DNA of 63,878 nt, the filler included. It is 9 parts of 9 records of this genome, joined end to end, with 100 filler letters (N's around TTAATTAATTAA, not from the genome) between each part and the next. Parts side by side here need not be neighbours in the genome. Positions count along the whole stretch, not along the records: positions 38,069 to 45,339 come from SRR31147125_81292; positions 45,440 to 51,621 come from SRR31147125_81338; positions 51,722 to 58,475 come from SRR31147125_81426; 6 more parts are not named here. One strand, written 5' to 3'. This document shows, piece by piece, positions 43,093-55,599 of this stretch. Made by a program: the position numbers and the translations under genes. The notes beneath the pieces were generated by a model. It saw only the letters and a program-made list of their open reading frames with translations, was not told the DNA's origin and did no database searches. Each line of letters begins with the position of its first letter. Within the stretch, counting starts at the first letter, position 1.

Positions 43093-44389
43093 TTATTCTT
43101 TCAGGTAAAGGCGACCATACCGATCGATGAGTTCGTAAACGTCCATCTGAATCTTCTCTTCCACCATGGTTCGAATCATCTTTGCATTGGCAAACCGCTG
43201 ACGCACATTGTCTTGAACTTCAGGATGACCGGTATATTTTGCCACTCCCCTACGACATCTCTCATCCAAAGGTAAAATTGCCGATCCGGATGTCATCTTG
43301 TCGGCCAGATAGAGTACGGCGGATTCATCGAGAATCTCCGGATGGGTAATATTCATGTGGTTTCCGATGATGTCGCCAACGGCTTCGAATCCCATTTCCT
43401 TAAGGATGACGTTGCCTTTTCCGGCATGGTCCGCGTCACCTTTTGCGATGTCATGGAGCAATGCTGCCGAATGGAGAAGATCAAGATGAAGCCGGGCCCC
43501 TCTGCTGTTTAGGTGCTCGGCAACCAAAAGAGCGATGTCGGCAACGAGTTGCATGTGTGCGACAAGCTGCCGAGGAAGCGCTCTTGCCGCATGAATTTCC
43601 AGGCATTGGGAGACTGGGGGAGATGGATGGGCCGCCCCCGCCATCCACGATCACTTTTTCATAATCTCTCCGAACATCCATATCCTGGAGGATACCCGGA
43701 TCGTCCACTTCGACATCACGGATGGTCAAACCGCTATCCTTTATGATGGATCTCAGCCCCTCCTTGGGGTGAGACGTGAGAATCTCCGGCAACAACCTGG
43801 TCGACAACAACGGGGGATGCCCCTTCTTCCCTTGGTAACGAGGAAATATCATCTCCCCTCGAGATGCTTCATAATGGAACGTCAACCATTCAATGGTTTC
43901 CGGATTGACCAGAGGCGTATCTGCGGGAAGGATGAAAAAGGCATCTATTGCATCAACGTTTTCTCTTTTTTCCTGCTCTGCTTTTTCTGCATATTCTGTT
44001 TGTTTTGCTTGCAGACAGGCAGCTCCTGCTCGAACCGAGGAGAACATCCCCGCGTCATAGGCATCATTGACAACGATCTCCACCGGGTGCTGCTTCAAAA
44101 CCGGTTCCAGTAGATGGGATTTATGGCCGATCACCACAATGATGGTGTCGATGCCGGCCGCTTTGAAAGCCAGGATCGGCCTTTCAACGGCCAGTCGATC
44201 CCCAACCGGCAACAGCGGTTTGAACACCCCCATTCTGGAAGAGAACCCGGCAGCCGGTATAATGGCGGCCATTTTCTTTCTTGACCGGAAACACTCACGG
44301 TCAATCCGTTGCGCATTAAACCGCTTCTTATCACAGTTTGTTGGGGCAAAGGGCCTGCGGCGCTCATCGGATTTTTGGAGGTTGTCCAT
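43093..44389 (-). CDS. MocA/MobA-like nucleotidyltransferase fused to an HD domain (frameshift near 43620-43640)
   Basis: IIPAAGFSSRMG.FKPLL, GMFSSVRAG, PADTPLV, GHPPL, DMD; then AHM...AALLHDIAK...H...YLADK. Confidence 0.82.
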
Positions 44390-45339
44390 CTATTTAATCC
44401 CATCGACCCGGTCTTTGGATTGTCCTTTGAAACGGACCTGGATCAACTCCGCCACAATGCTGACGGCAATTTCCTCCGGAGTCTGCGCCCCAATGGAGAG
44501 CCCGATGGGGGAGAAGACACCATCCAATCGCTCCTGGGTTACACCCTGTTCTCGTAGATAGGCATAGATCGCTTGTCGCTTGGAGCTGCTGCCGATCATG
44601 CCGATATACCGGGCCTCGGTCTGCAGGGCCTTTTCCAGAATCTGACGATCATACAGGTGGCCTCGGGTCATGATGGTGATAAAGCTGTCCGGCCCCATGT
44701 CAAATGAAGCAAAACAATCGCTCAAATCTTCGACGACATATACTTCGGCATGGGAAAAACGCTCGGAATTGGCAAATTCGCTGCGGTCATCCAAAACGAC
44801 CGTCCGGAATCCCACATTATGGGCTAAAGCCGCAGTTTCCACTCCCAGGTGACCGGCACCGCAAATGTAAAGCGTGCCATTGAACCGAGCCGGGTCGACA
44901 AAATAAGTATCCCCCCCACCTCCAGCAATCCGGGAGAGCGCATCTTTTGGGTTTCCGTGATGAGTCGGCCCAATGCGTTTTCTTCCAGGGACAATGTGCC
45001 GTGCTGTTCAACACCATCCCGCTCAAACCCGGATACCACCGCGCGTTGCAGACGGAATTCGTCGTTCGATTCCCGATTCAACCGATTGACCAGAAAACAC
45101 GCTTTCCGATGCGTCAACCGGTCCAGCAACTTGGAAAAAAGATCGAGAGTATTTTGATCCGCAGCCAGATATTCCGTCAGGATTGTTACGTTGCCGCCAC
45201 AGACCATATCCATTTCCGCATAGATCTTTGAGTCCAACGTAAATTCTCGAATGGAGGCGGTATCACGAACGGCCTCCAATCCTTCCGAGTTCCCCGCCCT
45301 TCCCTGTTGAAACAGCCTGTCGGCTTTTTCTTGAATTTG
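44390..45339 (-). CDS. xdhC: XdhC/CoxI-family molybdoenzyme maturation factor (5' truncated, frameshifted)
   Basis: DMVCGGNV, VVLDDRSEFANSERF, IMTRGHLYD, YIGMIGSSSK, SPIGLSIGAQTPEEIAVSIVAELI. Confidence 0.9.
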
Positions 45340-45439
45340 NNNNNNNNNNNNNNNNNNNNNNNNNNNNNNNNNNNNNNNNNNNNTTAATTAATTAANNNNN
45401 NNNNNNNNNNNNNNNNNNNNNNNNNNNNNNNNNNNNNNN

Positions 45440-46561
45440 AACTTTTACAATAAAAGCACTTTGCAAAGCTCTTTCAAAAATGGTGTGTTTCCCCCAAACC
45501 ATATGGTCGCCAAGGTGCCAGCCATGGTCGCCCCAAAGCACAACAATGGTATTTTCTGCCAATCCCAGTTTATCTAATTCATTTAGCAATTTACCCACCT
45601 GTGCATCGGTATAACTAACACAGGCGTAATAGGCGTGACGGATTTTTCGTGCATACTCATCAGAAACATTTGCTTTTAACGAACCTTTTTCCTCTCCCAA
45701 CTGGTATCCGTTAAACTCTCCACTACCGTGCAAACTTGCAGCCGATGAATTTTCAGGAATAGCTGTAAAAGGTGCTGTTGAAATTTTTTCTTCATCATAC
45801 AAATCCCAGTATTTTTTAGGCGCATTAAACGGAAGGTGTGGTTTAAAAAATCCTACTCCCAAAAAGAAAGGTTTATCCTTTTTTGCCAATTCATTCATTT
45901 TCCTGATAGCAAGGGCGGCTGTCATTCCGTCTACATAACCGTAATCATCTACATCGCCTTTTTCGTAAGGTTTTACCTGGCGATTCATACTCTGGCGATT
46001 TTCACCATTGGCATATCCGAAAAAGGCATTCCAGCCGGTTTTCCATTTGGCAGGATTAAAAACCAGTTCGTTCCAACTTTGGGGCAATTCTCTATCTTCA
46101 CTAACCGGCTCGGTGTAATCATAAAGCAATCCATCGGCATAATGACTAACTTTTCCAATACCAACTGTGTAATACCCATTATTTTTAAGGTGATGAATAA
46201 AGGTTTCAGGTTTATTGGTTGAGGCTTGTTCTGCAATAAACTCTTTGCAGGCGTGGTTACCTAAATGCGCTTTTGTTTTGGGTAACATGCCCGTTAACAT
46301 GCTGTAGCGTGAAGCGCCACAAGTAGGCACCTGCACAAAGTGGTTTGTAAAAACGGCACCGGTTTCGGCCAACTTATCAATGTTGGGAGAATGGATGTAA
46401 TCTTTTCCGTAACATCCTAATTCAGGGCGTAAATCGTCGATACAAATGAAGAGGACATTTGGTTTTTGTTGTTCCTTTTCGGAAGGTGCAATTTCCTTTT
46501 CGGAACAACTAAAAACACTAAGTACAATGGAAAGAAACAGATAATTAAACATTGTTTTCAT
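45440..46561 (-). CDS. Formylglycine-type sulfatase, iduronate-sulfatase-like lipoprotein (3' truncated)
   Basis: PNVLFICIDDLRP, TCGASRYS (CxAxR), GKVSH, FFKPHLPF, WGDHGWHLG. Confidence 0.92.
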
Positions 46562-46649
46562 TTTAATTTGTAAAAAAGCCGCCCCCCACAAGAGGCGGCT
46601 AAAATCTAACCAAACTAGTTTATGCGAAAAAACTAATTATATCATTCCA

Positions 46650-48314
46650 TTAATAACCTGGATTTTGAAGAAAATCGCCGGGATTTGACACCCTGTCTAT
46701 CTGGGTTTGCGGAATTGGACGCACCAGGTGCATTTCTTTGATATTCGGAGCTGCATCGACATTATACAGTTTCACTCTCTCTAAAAGAATACCGCGTCGT
46801 TTCAGATCGTACCAACGATGTCCTTCCCCGCCAATTTCTTTGGCTCTTTCTTCAAAAATAAAATCGAAAGTCATGTCTGCAGCTGTAACCGCCATATCGG
46901 CTTCGCGGCCAGGCATTATAGCTCTCTGACGCAAGGTAGTTACCAATTGAGCCGCTTCATCTTTATTTCCCAATTCTATTGCCGCTTCCGCTGCAATCAG
47001 ATACATTTCGGCAAGCCTTATCACAATTGCATCACGGGTTCCATTGTTATCGTTTTTATCCGTCCTGTTAGTATCGTAGTATTTCTTGTAATAACTTGGC
47101 CATAAACGACGACTGTCTCCACCAACTTCAAGTGAATTGGTTTGTGTGGTTACATCTTCGCCATTATAATCGATATACCAATAGGGTGCATTTGCCTGAA
47201 TATCATCGTCGACCGGATGCAAAACAATTTTAATGGCGGTATCACCTACGCTCACCTCGTGCCCATTTATTGTTCCTGTATTGTTGGCAATCCACACTGT
47301 TTTAAACGAGGAATTAAAACGTGCATCAACTTCCGGCTCCCACATGTCGAGGTAGTAATTGGTTGGCATAAAACGCTGGTGAGGTTTGCCATTTTCAATA
47401 TCCCTGTCCATGACAGGATTTCTCGTATAATCCCAAACAAAAAAGTTATGTTGCTGGCTTCCGCTTCCGTTTAATAAAGGATCGGACCCATACTGTACCG
47501 ACCAGATAACTTCATCATTTTCCTGGTTATTGATGTCCCATAAATTATCGAGATCTTCCAGTGCATAACTGTAATTATTTATCACATTATTGGCATAGCT
47601 ATTGGCATCTGACCAATTACCCAGTGTAAGTTGAACACGAGCCATTAAAGCCTCAGCCATTCCCTTGTTTGCTCTCCCGAACGATACTTCTTCAGGCATG
47701 GGCAGGTTGGCTATTGCATATTCCAAATCGGGTACAACACCCTGGTCGTAAATTGTGGCAACGGGAGTACGATAAGCTTCCGTTTCAACACCCGATGTTT
47801 CTTCAAGTGTAAAATGTACATCTCCCCATTGCTGAACCAATATAAAGTAATAATGCGCTCTTAAAAAACGTGCTTCAGCAACGGCCTGGTTTCTTTCCGT
47901 CTCGGTCATTTCCTCCACTTCCGGAGCTCTTACTGCAATCGAGTTACACTGATTTATTCCCTGGTAAAAGTTATCCCAGATAGTACTAAAAAAGCCATGG
48001 GTCCCTAAAAGGTTCTCATCATATTTCCCAAACGAAGGATTATTCTTGTTTGCTCCATAACCATTTGTATTTATATCAGTTCCAATTACAGTTAAGTAAA
48101 AAGAACGCTCGGGCCCGTAATATGTCCGGAGAGGTGGATAGCATGCTTTCAAACCGTCTTCAATTCCAGCTTCAGTAGAATAATAGCTATCACCGGTAGC
48201 CAGACTCAAAGGATCTTCTTCCAATAAATCGCTACATGATACAGCTAAAAAGAAGAAAGAAATTAAACTGATTTGAGTTATTAATCGAATAACCCGGTTT
48301 ATATGTATTTTCAT
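46650..48314 (-). CDS. RagB/SusD-family lipoprotein
   Basis: Lipobox AVSC, EARFLRAHYYF, IRLAEMYLIAAEA, ERAKEIGGEGHRWYDLKR, QNPGY. Confidence 0.95.
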   Translation of the reverse strand: MKIHINRVIRLITQISLISFFFLAVSCSDLLEEDPLSLATGDSYYSTEAGIEDGLKACYPPLRTYYGPERSFYLTVIGTDINTNGYGANKNNPSFGKYDENLLGTHGFFSTIWDNFYQGINQCNSIAVRAPEVEEMTETERNQAVAEARFLRAHYYFILVQQWGDVHFTLEETSGVETEAYRTPVATIYDQGVVPDLEYAIANLPMPEEVSFGRANKGMAEALMARVQLTLGNWSDANSYANNVINNYSYALEDLDNLWDINNQENDEVIWSVQYGSDPLLNGSGSQQHNFFVWDYTRNPVMDRDIENGKPHQRFMPTNYYLDMWEPEVDARFNSSFKTVWIANNTGTINGHEVSVGDTAIKIVLHPVDDDIQANAPYWYIDYNGEDVTTQTNSLEVGGDSRRLWPSYYKKYYDTNRTDKNDNNGTRDAIVIRLAEMYLIAAEAAIELGNKDEAAQLVTTLRQRAIMPGREADMAVTAADMTFDFIFEERAKEIGGEGHRWYDLKRRGILLERVKLYNVDAAPNIKEMHLVRPIPQTQIDRVSNPGDFLQNPGY

Positions 48315-48326
48315 TATTTCTGAGTT

Positions 48327-51300
48327 TTAAAATTTAATATTCAAACCAAGTATATAAGTAGAGGTAGCAAGTGCACTCATTGTTTCCGGATCAACCGTGT
48401 CGTACTTCGACCAGGTTACCGGATTAGTTGCAGAAATATATAACCGGCATTGAGAGAAGATGTCGGATTTCATGAGGCTTTTCGTAAAATCGTAGCCCAA
48501 CGAAATGTTCTTAATTTTTACAAATGAACCATCGAAATAACGAACCGCATTATTATATAATATACCGGAACCTTCTATAGGCATTGGAAAATCATTGCTC
48601 GGATTATCAGGTGTCCAGTAATTAAAGTTCAGGTGCGCATAACGTCCCTCCCAACTATTACCACTAATCGAATGGTATCCGCTGTTAACCATTTGTCCCT
48701 GTCGGGCATAAATAAGCATTGAAAAGTCGAAACCTTTGTATGAAATACGATTGGTTAAACCCCCTGTCCAGTCAGGAACGGTGGAGCCTAAAATTGCTCT
48801 GTCATCAGAATTTATTTGTCCGTCGGGTTCGTTAGTTAACTCTCCATTTTCGTCGCGTCCGTTTACATCCTTAATTTTTATTCCTCCCGGTTCCAAACTA
48901 CATTCAGCAGCTTCGTCAGCCTCATCGGTTTGCCAGATTCCATCAAACACATAGCTGTAATAAGAATTAACTGATTCACCAATAAACCAACCGTTACCAA
49001 TATCGTCTTCTGTTCCGTTAAATAATTCAACTATTTCTTCTTTGTTTGAGAAAATATTAAAATCTACATCCCACTTAAAACCTGAAGAACTATTAATTAT
49101 ATTCGCTGAAGCAGTAAATTCAATCCCCCTGTTTCGTGTTGAACCCACATTTTCAATTATACTTTCAAATCCGGAAGTACTGGGTAATAAACGTTCCAAT
49201 AATAAATCGCTGGTTTTTGTATCGTACAATTCGATTGTACCCGATATTCTGTTATTCCACAATCCAAAATCTACACCCAGATTTATCGTTTTGGATATCT
49301 CCCAACTTAATTCTGGATTTGCAATACCTGAGAGTTGGTATCCATAAGCCGAATCATCGCCAAATAAATAGGCCGAACGCGCCAATCCTCCTTGTGTTTG
49401 ATAAGGGCTAATTGCTGTATTCCCTACAGCCCCATAACCAGCACGTAACTTAAGGAACGACAAGACTTCGCTATCAAGAAAATCTTCTTCAGATATAATC
49501 CATGCCAGTGAAGCAGCAGGGAAGAAAGCCCACTTATTACCATCTGCCAAACGCGATGACCCATCGGAGCGACCGGAAACTGTTACCAAATATTTATCTT
49601 TAAATTTATAGTTAACCCTACCCATATAAGATAAAAGTCCCCATTCGGATAATCCACTTCCTATACCCGTAATAGTTTCTGCAGTACCTAAGGCGTAAAA
49701 CGCAGATCTGACAATTGGAATGCCCTGAGCAGAAAGAGAAGAACTTTCATAACGGTTGGATTGAGCACTAAAAAGTCCCACAACATTTATATCATGTTCT
49801 CCAAACGACCTGTCAAAAGTTAAAATATTTTCAAGTGTATAAGTAAATGAATTGGTATTATTTATAGATCCCGTTGGCACACTTCCGGTGTAGTCCCCTT
49901 CTGATTGTCCCCGGCGGCTATACAACATATCGGCACCAACATTTAACCTGTAATTTAAATCATCGGTAATTTGATATATTCCAAATAAATTGGAAAAAAG
50001 GCGATATCCTCTGGTTTCGTCAACATATTGATCGGGAGCAAAATTAACCAGTGGAGAAGTCACCAAAAATTCATCCGGGTTGGCATAGGCAATTATATTC
50101 CCGTCCTCATCGTAAGCTTCAGTTGTTGGAGCGTAACGAATAGCATCCGTGGTTGGATCATCACTATCCATCCTGTTTCTGGTATCCATCGATGTGGTAA
50201 AACTTAAGCCCACTTTTATTTTTTCAGTTAAGGTTGCATCGAGATTGGCACGCAAGGAATAGCGTTCATAATCTGTTTTCTTCAACACTCCTTCTTCGTT
50301 GTAATATCCCCCCGATAAATAATAACTGATTTTTTTATTCCCTCCACTTGCCGATAATACATATTCGTTTTGCATTCCCGTACGGTAAAGTTCATCTAAG
50401 TAATCTGTTTCAACGCCATTTATGTAATTATCATACATATTTCCCATCAGCACTTCATCCTGGCTCGAATCGGTCTTACTTAATCCATTGGCCACTCTTC
50501 GGTATTCAACAAATTGTTGAGAATTCATCTTATCTAAATTCTCGATTTGTTTTTTAACACCGTAATAAGAATTAAAGGTAATTTCTGAATGTCCTTCTTT
50601 CCCTCTTTTTGTAGTGATAAGAATTACACCATTCGCCCCCCGCGAACCATAAATTGCCACGGCGCTTGCATCTTTCAACACCTCCATCGATTCAATATCG
50701 GAAGGATTAAAATCGTTAATATTGGCTGTTGTAGGTATACCATCAACAACATACAGGGGTTCATTATTTGCTGATATCGAACGGTTACCCCTGATGCGAA
50801 TGGTTTGTCCGGAACCAGGTGTTCCATTACTACTAACTACATCAACACCTGCTAATCTTCCCTGAGCCTGATCGAGCACACTGGCAGTGGGCACTGTGCT
50901 TAAATCTTCTGCCGAAACGGACGAAATTGCTCCTGTCAAATCGCTCTTTTTCATGGTACCGTATCCAACTGCTACAACTTCATCAAGACCAATAACATCC
51001 TGCTCCATTACTACAATGAAGGTAAGTTGATCTCCAATAGTAACTTCCCGACTTTTCATTCCAATAAACGAAAAAAGGAGTTTTTCAACATTTGCTGAGA
51101 TTTTCAGTTCAAAAGTACCATCGGCTATAGTTACAGTACCAACAGTAGTTCCCGGAACTACCACAGAAACACCGGGTAAAGGATCATCGTTTTTGTCGGT
51201 TACCTTCCCCGAAATTGTTTTCTCTTGTTGTTGAAAAAGATCGTCCCTACCGGAATCGGATTCTTGTCCTTTGGTAATAACAATGTCCTTATTCAAAACC

Positions 51301-51621
51301 CGATAGATTAAACCGGTTCCATCCAAAACATCATCTAAAACCTTATCAATTTTGGCATTATTATAGGTTTTATTAATGGTTTTACCGTGTGGAAGATGCT
51401 CATTTTTATAAAAAAAGTCGAATTCTGTTTTTTCCTGAATCGATTGAAAAACGTTTTCCAAAGTGGCATTTTCCAATTCCAAATCGATTCTAACTGATTG
51501 TGAATAAACGCTTGCAGAAATATTAAAAAGAGCCGCAAACATTAAGATAAAAGTAAGTTTCATCATCAGGAATAGTTTTTTACCTTTTCTCCCCAAATGA
51601 GGAAAAGGGATTAATTTTTTT
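48327..51621 (-). CDS. SusC/RagA TonB-dependent receptor with an N-terminal signalling-type extension (start uncertain, at the contig edge)
   Basis: LDEVVAVGYG, PLYVVDG, DIESMEVLKDASAVAIYGSRGANGVILITTK, C-terminal GLNIKF. Confidence 0.95.
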
Positions 51622-51721
51622 NNNNNNNNNNNNNNNNNNNNNNNNNNNNNNNNNNNNNNNNNNNNTTAATTAATTAANNNNNNNNNNNNNNNNNNNNNNN
51701 NNNNNNNNNNNNNNNNNNNNN

Positions 51722-53109
51722 TGAAATCAATTGTTCTTTTAGAAAATAAAAATAACATACTACCTCTTTCTAAAGAAACAAAATCAATTGCTGTAATTGG
51801 ACCAGGAGCTGATGATTTGCAACCGGGAGATTATACTGCAAAGTTGCAGAATGGACAGTTAAAATCGGTTTTATGTGGACTCCAGGAAAAGCTCGGTAAT
51901 CAAACCGAGATCAACTATGTGAAAGGTTGTGAATTTATTTCCGAACAGGAGGTTGATATAGAAAGTGCTGTTGCTGCTGCTGAAAAATCAGATATTGCTA
52001 TTTTGGTTTTAGGCGACTGTTCAACTAGCGAAGCTACTCACGGCGTTAAGAAAACGTCCGGTGAAGCACATGATTATTCAACTTTAATTCTTCCAGGTTT
52101 TCAGCAGCAATTACTTGAGGCTGTTTGTAAAACTGGGAAACCTGTTGTTTTAGTGCTTCAAATAGGTCGTCCGTATAATTTGACTTATGCGAAAGAGCAT
52201 TGTGAAGCAATTTTGGTAAATTGGCTTCCTGGACAAGAAGGTGGACCTGCAACTACAGATGTACTTTTTGGTGATTATAATCCTGCCGGGCGTTTACCAA
52301 TGACTTTCCCTCGCCATGTTGGACAGTTGCCTTTATATTATAACTTCAAGACTTCCGGACGAGCTTATAATTATGTTGATATGCCATTCTATCCATTGTA
52401 TTCATTTGGATATGGATTGAGCTATACAAAATTTAACTATACCGACCTGAAAGTTATCGAAAACTCAGATGGAACAGTTGATGTAAAAGCAACTGTAACT
52501 AATGTTGGAGACCGGGATGGTGAAGAAGTAATACAGCTATATGTAACTGATATGTATGCCAGTGTAAAAACACGGGTAATGGAATTGAAAGATTTTGATC
52601 GTTTGGAATTGGCTGCAGGTGAATCACAAGAAGTTAAATTTCGTTTGAATCCTTATCAACTTTCACTGTTAAATGAAAATATGGACAGGGTTGTAGAAAG
52701 CGGACAATTTAAAATTATGCTAGGAGGGCATAGTCCTTCATTTGTTGCAGCCGATCGCATTAAGGATAGTGTCGGATTTGAAACACCAGAGGATGGAGTG
52801 TCTACAATATTGGATTACTCGCAATCATTTCAAGCAGATTTTGAGTTGAGCTTTGCACAAGTCAATCAAATTACTCAGAATGGTAAAACACTAGTCAATG
52901 TTAATGCAAAGAATAAGGGTAATCTTACTGATGTTGGCAAATTGAAAATTTATGTTGATGGGGTACAGCAGGAAGAAGTTCATCATTATGAGTTAAGTCC
53001 TGGTGCTGAGAAGATTGTTCAATTTGAATTACATGGGAGAAGGATGAAGAATTTGATGGTTACATCAAAATATAAATGTATTGTTCAAGACCTTTTAAAA
53101 GATTACTAA
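51722..53109 (+). CDS. GH3 beta-glucosidase/xylosidase, C-terminal part with FN3 domain (5' truncated)
   Basis: WLPGQEGG, GDYNPAGRLPMTFP, PLYSFGYGLSYT, GEEVIQLY, ELKDF. Confidence 0.92.
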
Positions 53110-53127
53110 TTAAGAAAATAATAAGAA

Positions 53128-55598
53128 ATGAAGTCATATTTATTAATTATCACACTATTTCTGACCAGTTGGGCTGTAATTGCTCAGCAAGTTGATACTC
53201 CAGCTAGTCAGCGAGAAGGGAAAATAACTGCTAATTGGTCAGATCGGGCATTAATTAATAACGGTGATTCAAAGCCAGGTGGACAGTACTTGCTTTGGTA
53301 TCAGAAGCCTGCAAAAGTATGGGAGGAGGCATTGCCTATTGGAAATGGATCACTTGGAGCTATGGTTTTTGGAGGAGTAGCCGATGAACGCATACAGCTA
53401 AATGAAAGCACGCTGTGGGATGGTTATCCGATGGATCCCAATGATCCTTCTTCCTTGGAATATTTGCCGGAGGTTCAACGATTGTTGTTCGAAGGTAAGA
53501 ATAATGAGGCCGTAAAGCTGGCAGAGCAGCATATGATGGGACGTCCGCGTGGGGTGAAACCTTTTCAATCATTGGGAGAACTTTGGTTTGATACACCAAT
53601 TATGGAGGCTTCTGATTATGTGCGTAGCCTGGATTTATCAACTGCTATCGTAACTACAAAGTTTAAAGCAGATGGCGTAAGTTATTTGCGTGAGGTTTTT
53701 ATATCACCAGTTGATCAGGTTTTAGTGGTTCATCTCTCCGTTGAAGGAAAAGGCGATATTAACTTCAATCTAACAATGAAACGGCAAAAGGATGCTGTAT
53801 GTAAGTCAATTTCTAATGATGCAAATTCATTGCTTTTAAAAGGACAAATTGATTGTAAAGATAAAACAGGAAAACCAAGAGGATTAAGTTTTGCCGCACA
53901 AGTTAAAGCTATTGCCAAAGGGGGTAAAACTGAAAATGATAATGGTATTTTGAAAGTATCTGGAGCGAAAGAAGTGACTTTGCTTTTAAGTGCTGCTACC
54001 AATTATCCGGGGTTGGCAAATCTTGATAAAGGTGGACCAGACTATTCTATTGATCCGGTTGCGATCTGTGCTCAAACAATTAAGAATGCAGAGTCAAAGA
54101 GTTATAAGCGATTGAAAAAGGCACATATTATAGAACATCAACGTTTATTTAATCGCGTTGACTTGCAGCTTGGAGAAGTTTCTCCTGAAATTCTGTCTTT
54201 GCCTACGGATAAACGTCTGGAGTTAGCAAAACAAACGATGATACCGGATAATAGTTTGGTTGAAACGTTTTTCCAGTTTGGTCGCTATTTGTTAATTTCA
54301 AGCTCTCGTCCTGGAACAATGCCTGCTAATTTACAAGGAATATGGGCGTGGAAGATGAATCCTCCTGGAACGCAGATTATCATACAAATATTAATTTTCA
54401 GATGAATTATTGGCCAGCTGAGATCACCAATTTATCAGAGTTGCATATGCCACTTTTTGATTTAGCAGATGCATTGGTTGAGCCTGGTTCAAAAACGGCT
54501 AAAATACTCTACGGTGCCAATGGCTGGGTCGTTCATCATTTAACTGATCCATGGGGATACACCACTCCTGCTGATGGACCACAAGGAATTTGGCCGGTAG
54601 GTGCAGCATGGTTGGCTCAACATCCTTGGGAACATTACGCTTATACGGGCGATGAGTCATTCTTGAAAGAGCGAGCTTATCCGTTAATGAAAGGCGCTGC
54701 TGAATTCATTCTTGACTTTTTAATTGAGGCTCCAGAAGGTACAGCCTGTCCCGGAAAACTAGTTACGAATCCATCCTATTCTCCAGAAAATGCATTTTTT
54801 CTACCCAATGGAGAAACTTCTGTGTTTACTTATGGGGCAACAATGGATATAGAAATCATTTATGATTTGTTGACTCATTGTATAGAAGCATGTGATATTT
54901 TAGATTTAGATAAGGACTTTAGGGAACAATGTGAGGAAACATTAAATAAATTACCTCCAATTCGAATCAGTAAAAAAACCGGACGGATTATGGAATGGGC
55001 AGAAGATTACAAAGAAGTAGATCCTCATCATCGGCATACTTCGCATTTGTTTGGTCTGTATCCTGGAAATCAGATTACTACATTAGGAACTCCGGCGTTG
55101 GCTGAGGCGGCTCGTAAAACGCTTGTTGCCCGTGGTGATGATGGGACCGGTTGGGGCTTAGCATGGAAAATAAACATGTGGAATCGCTTGCAGGATGGTG
55201 ACCATGCTTATAAACTGCTTTCGGTATTATTGGCTTCTAAAACATTACCAAACTTGTTTGACAACCACCCTCCATTTCAGATTGATGGTAATTTTGGAGC
55301 TACAGCAGCTATTGCCGAAATGATGCTCCAAAGCCAATCTCGTAACGATGATGGAAGTTACAACATGCAATTGTTACCTTCATTACCAACAAATTTGTCA
55401 AGTGGATCAGTAAAAGGATTGTGTGCCCGGGGGGGATTTATCATTGATTTGGATTGGGAAAACGGAGAGGTAAGCAAGGTGAAAATTGTATCAGAAAATG
55501 GAGGATTTTTGCATGTTTCTGATGGAAAAAATCAGTTTTATTCTGTAACCCAAAAAGGAGAAGTTACAATATTGGATCATTCACTAAATAAAAAATAA
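53128..55598 (+). CDS. GH95 alpha-L-fucosidase-like (frameshift near 54365)
   Basis: [71 protein letters not shown]. Confidence 0.93.
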
Positions 55599-55599
55599 A

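Noticed and set aside
44275-44389. N-terminal ~39 aa of the nucleotidyltransferase as a novel domain
   Set aside because: It looks non-homologous and may be intergenic or repeat-derived DNA, with the real start at MAAIIPAAG. This cannot be resolved by eye.
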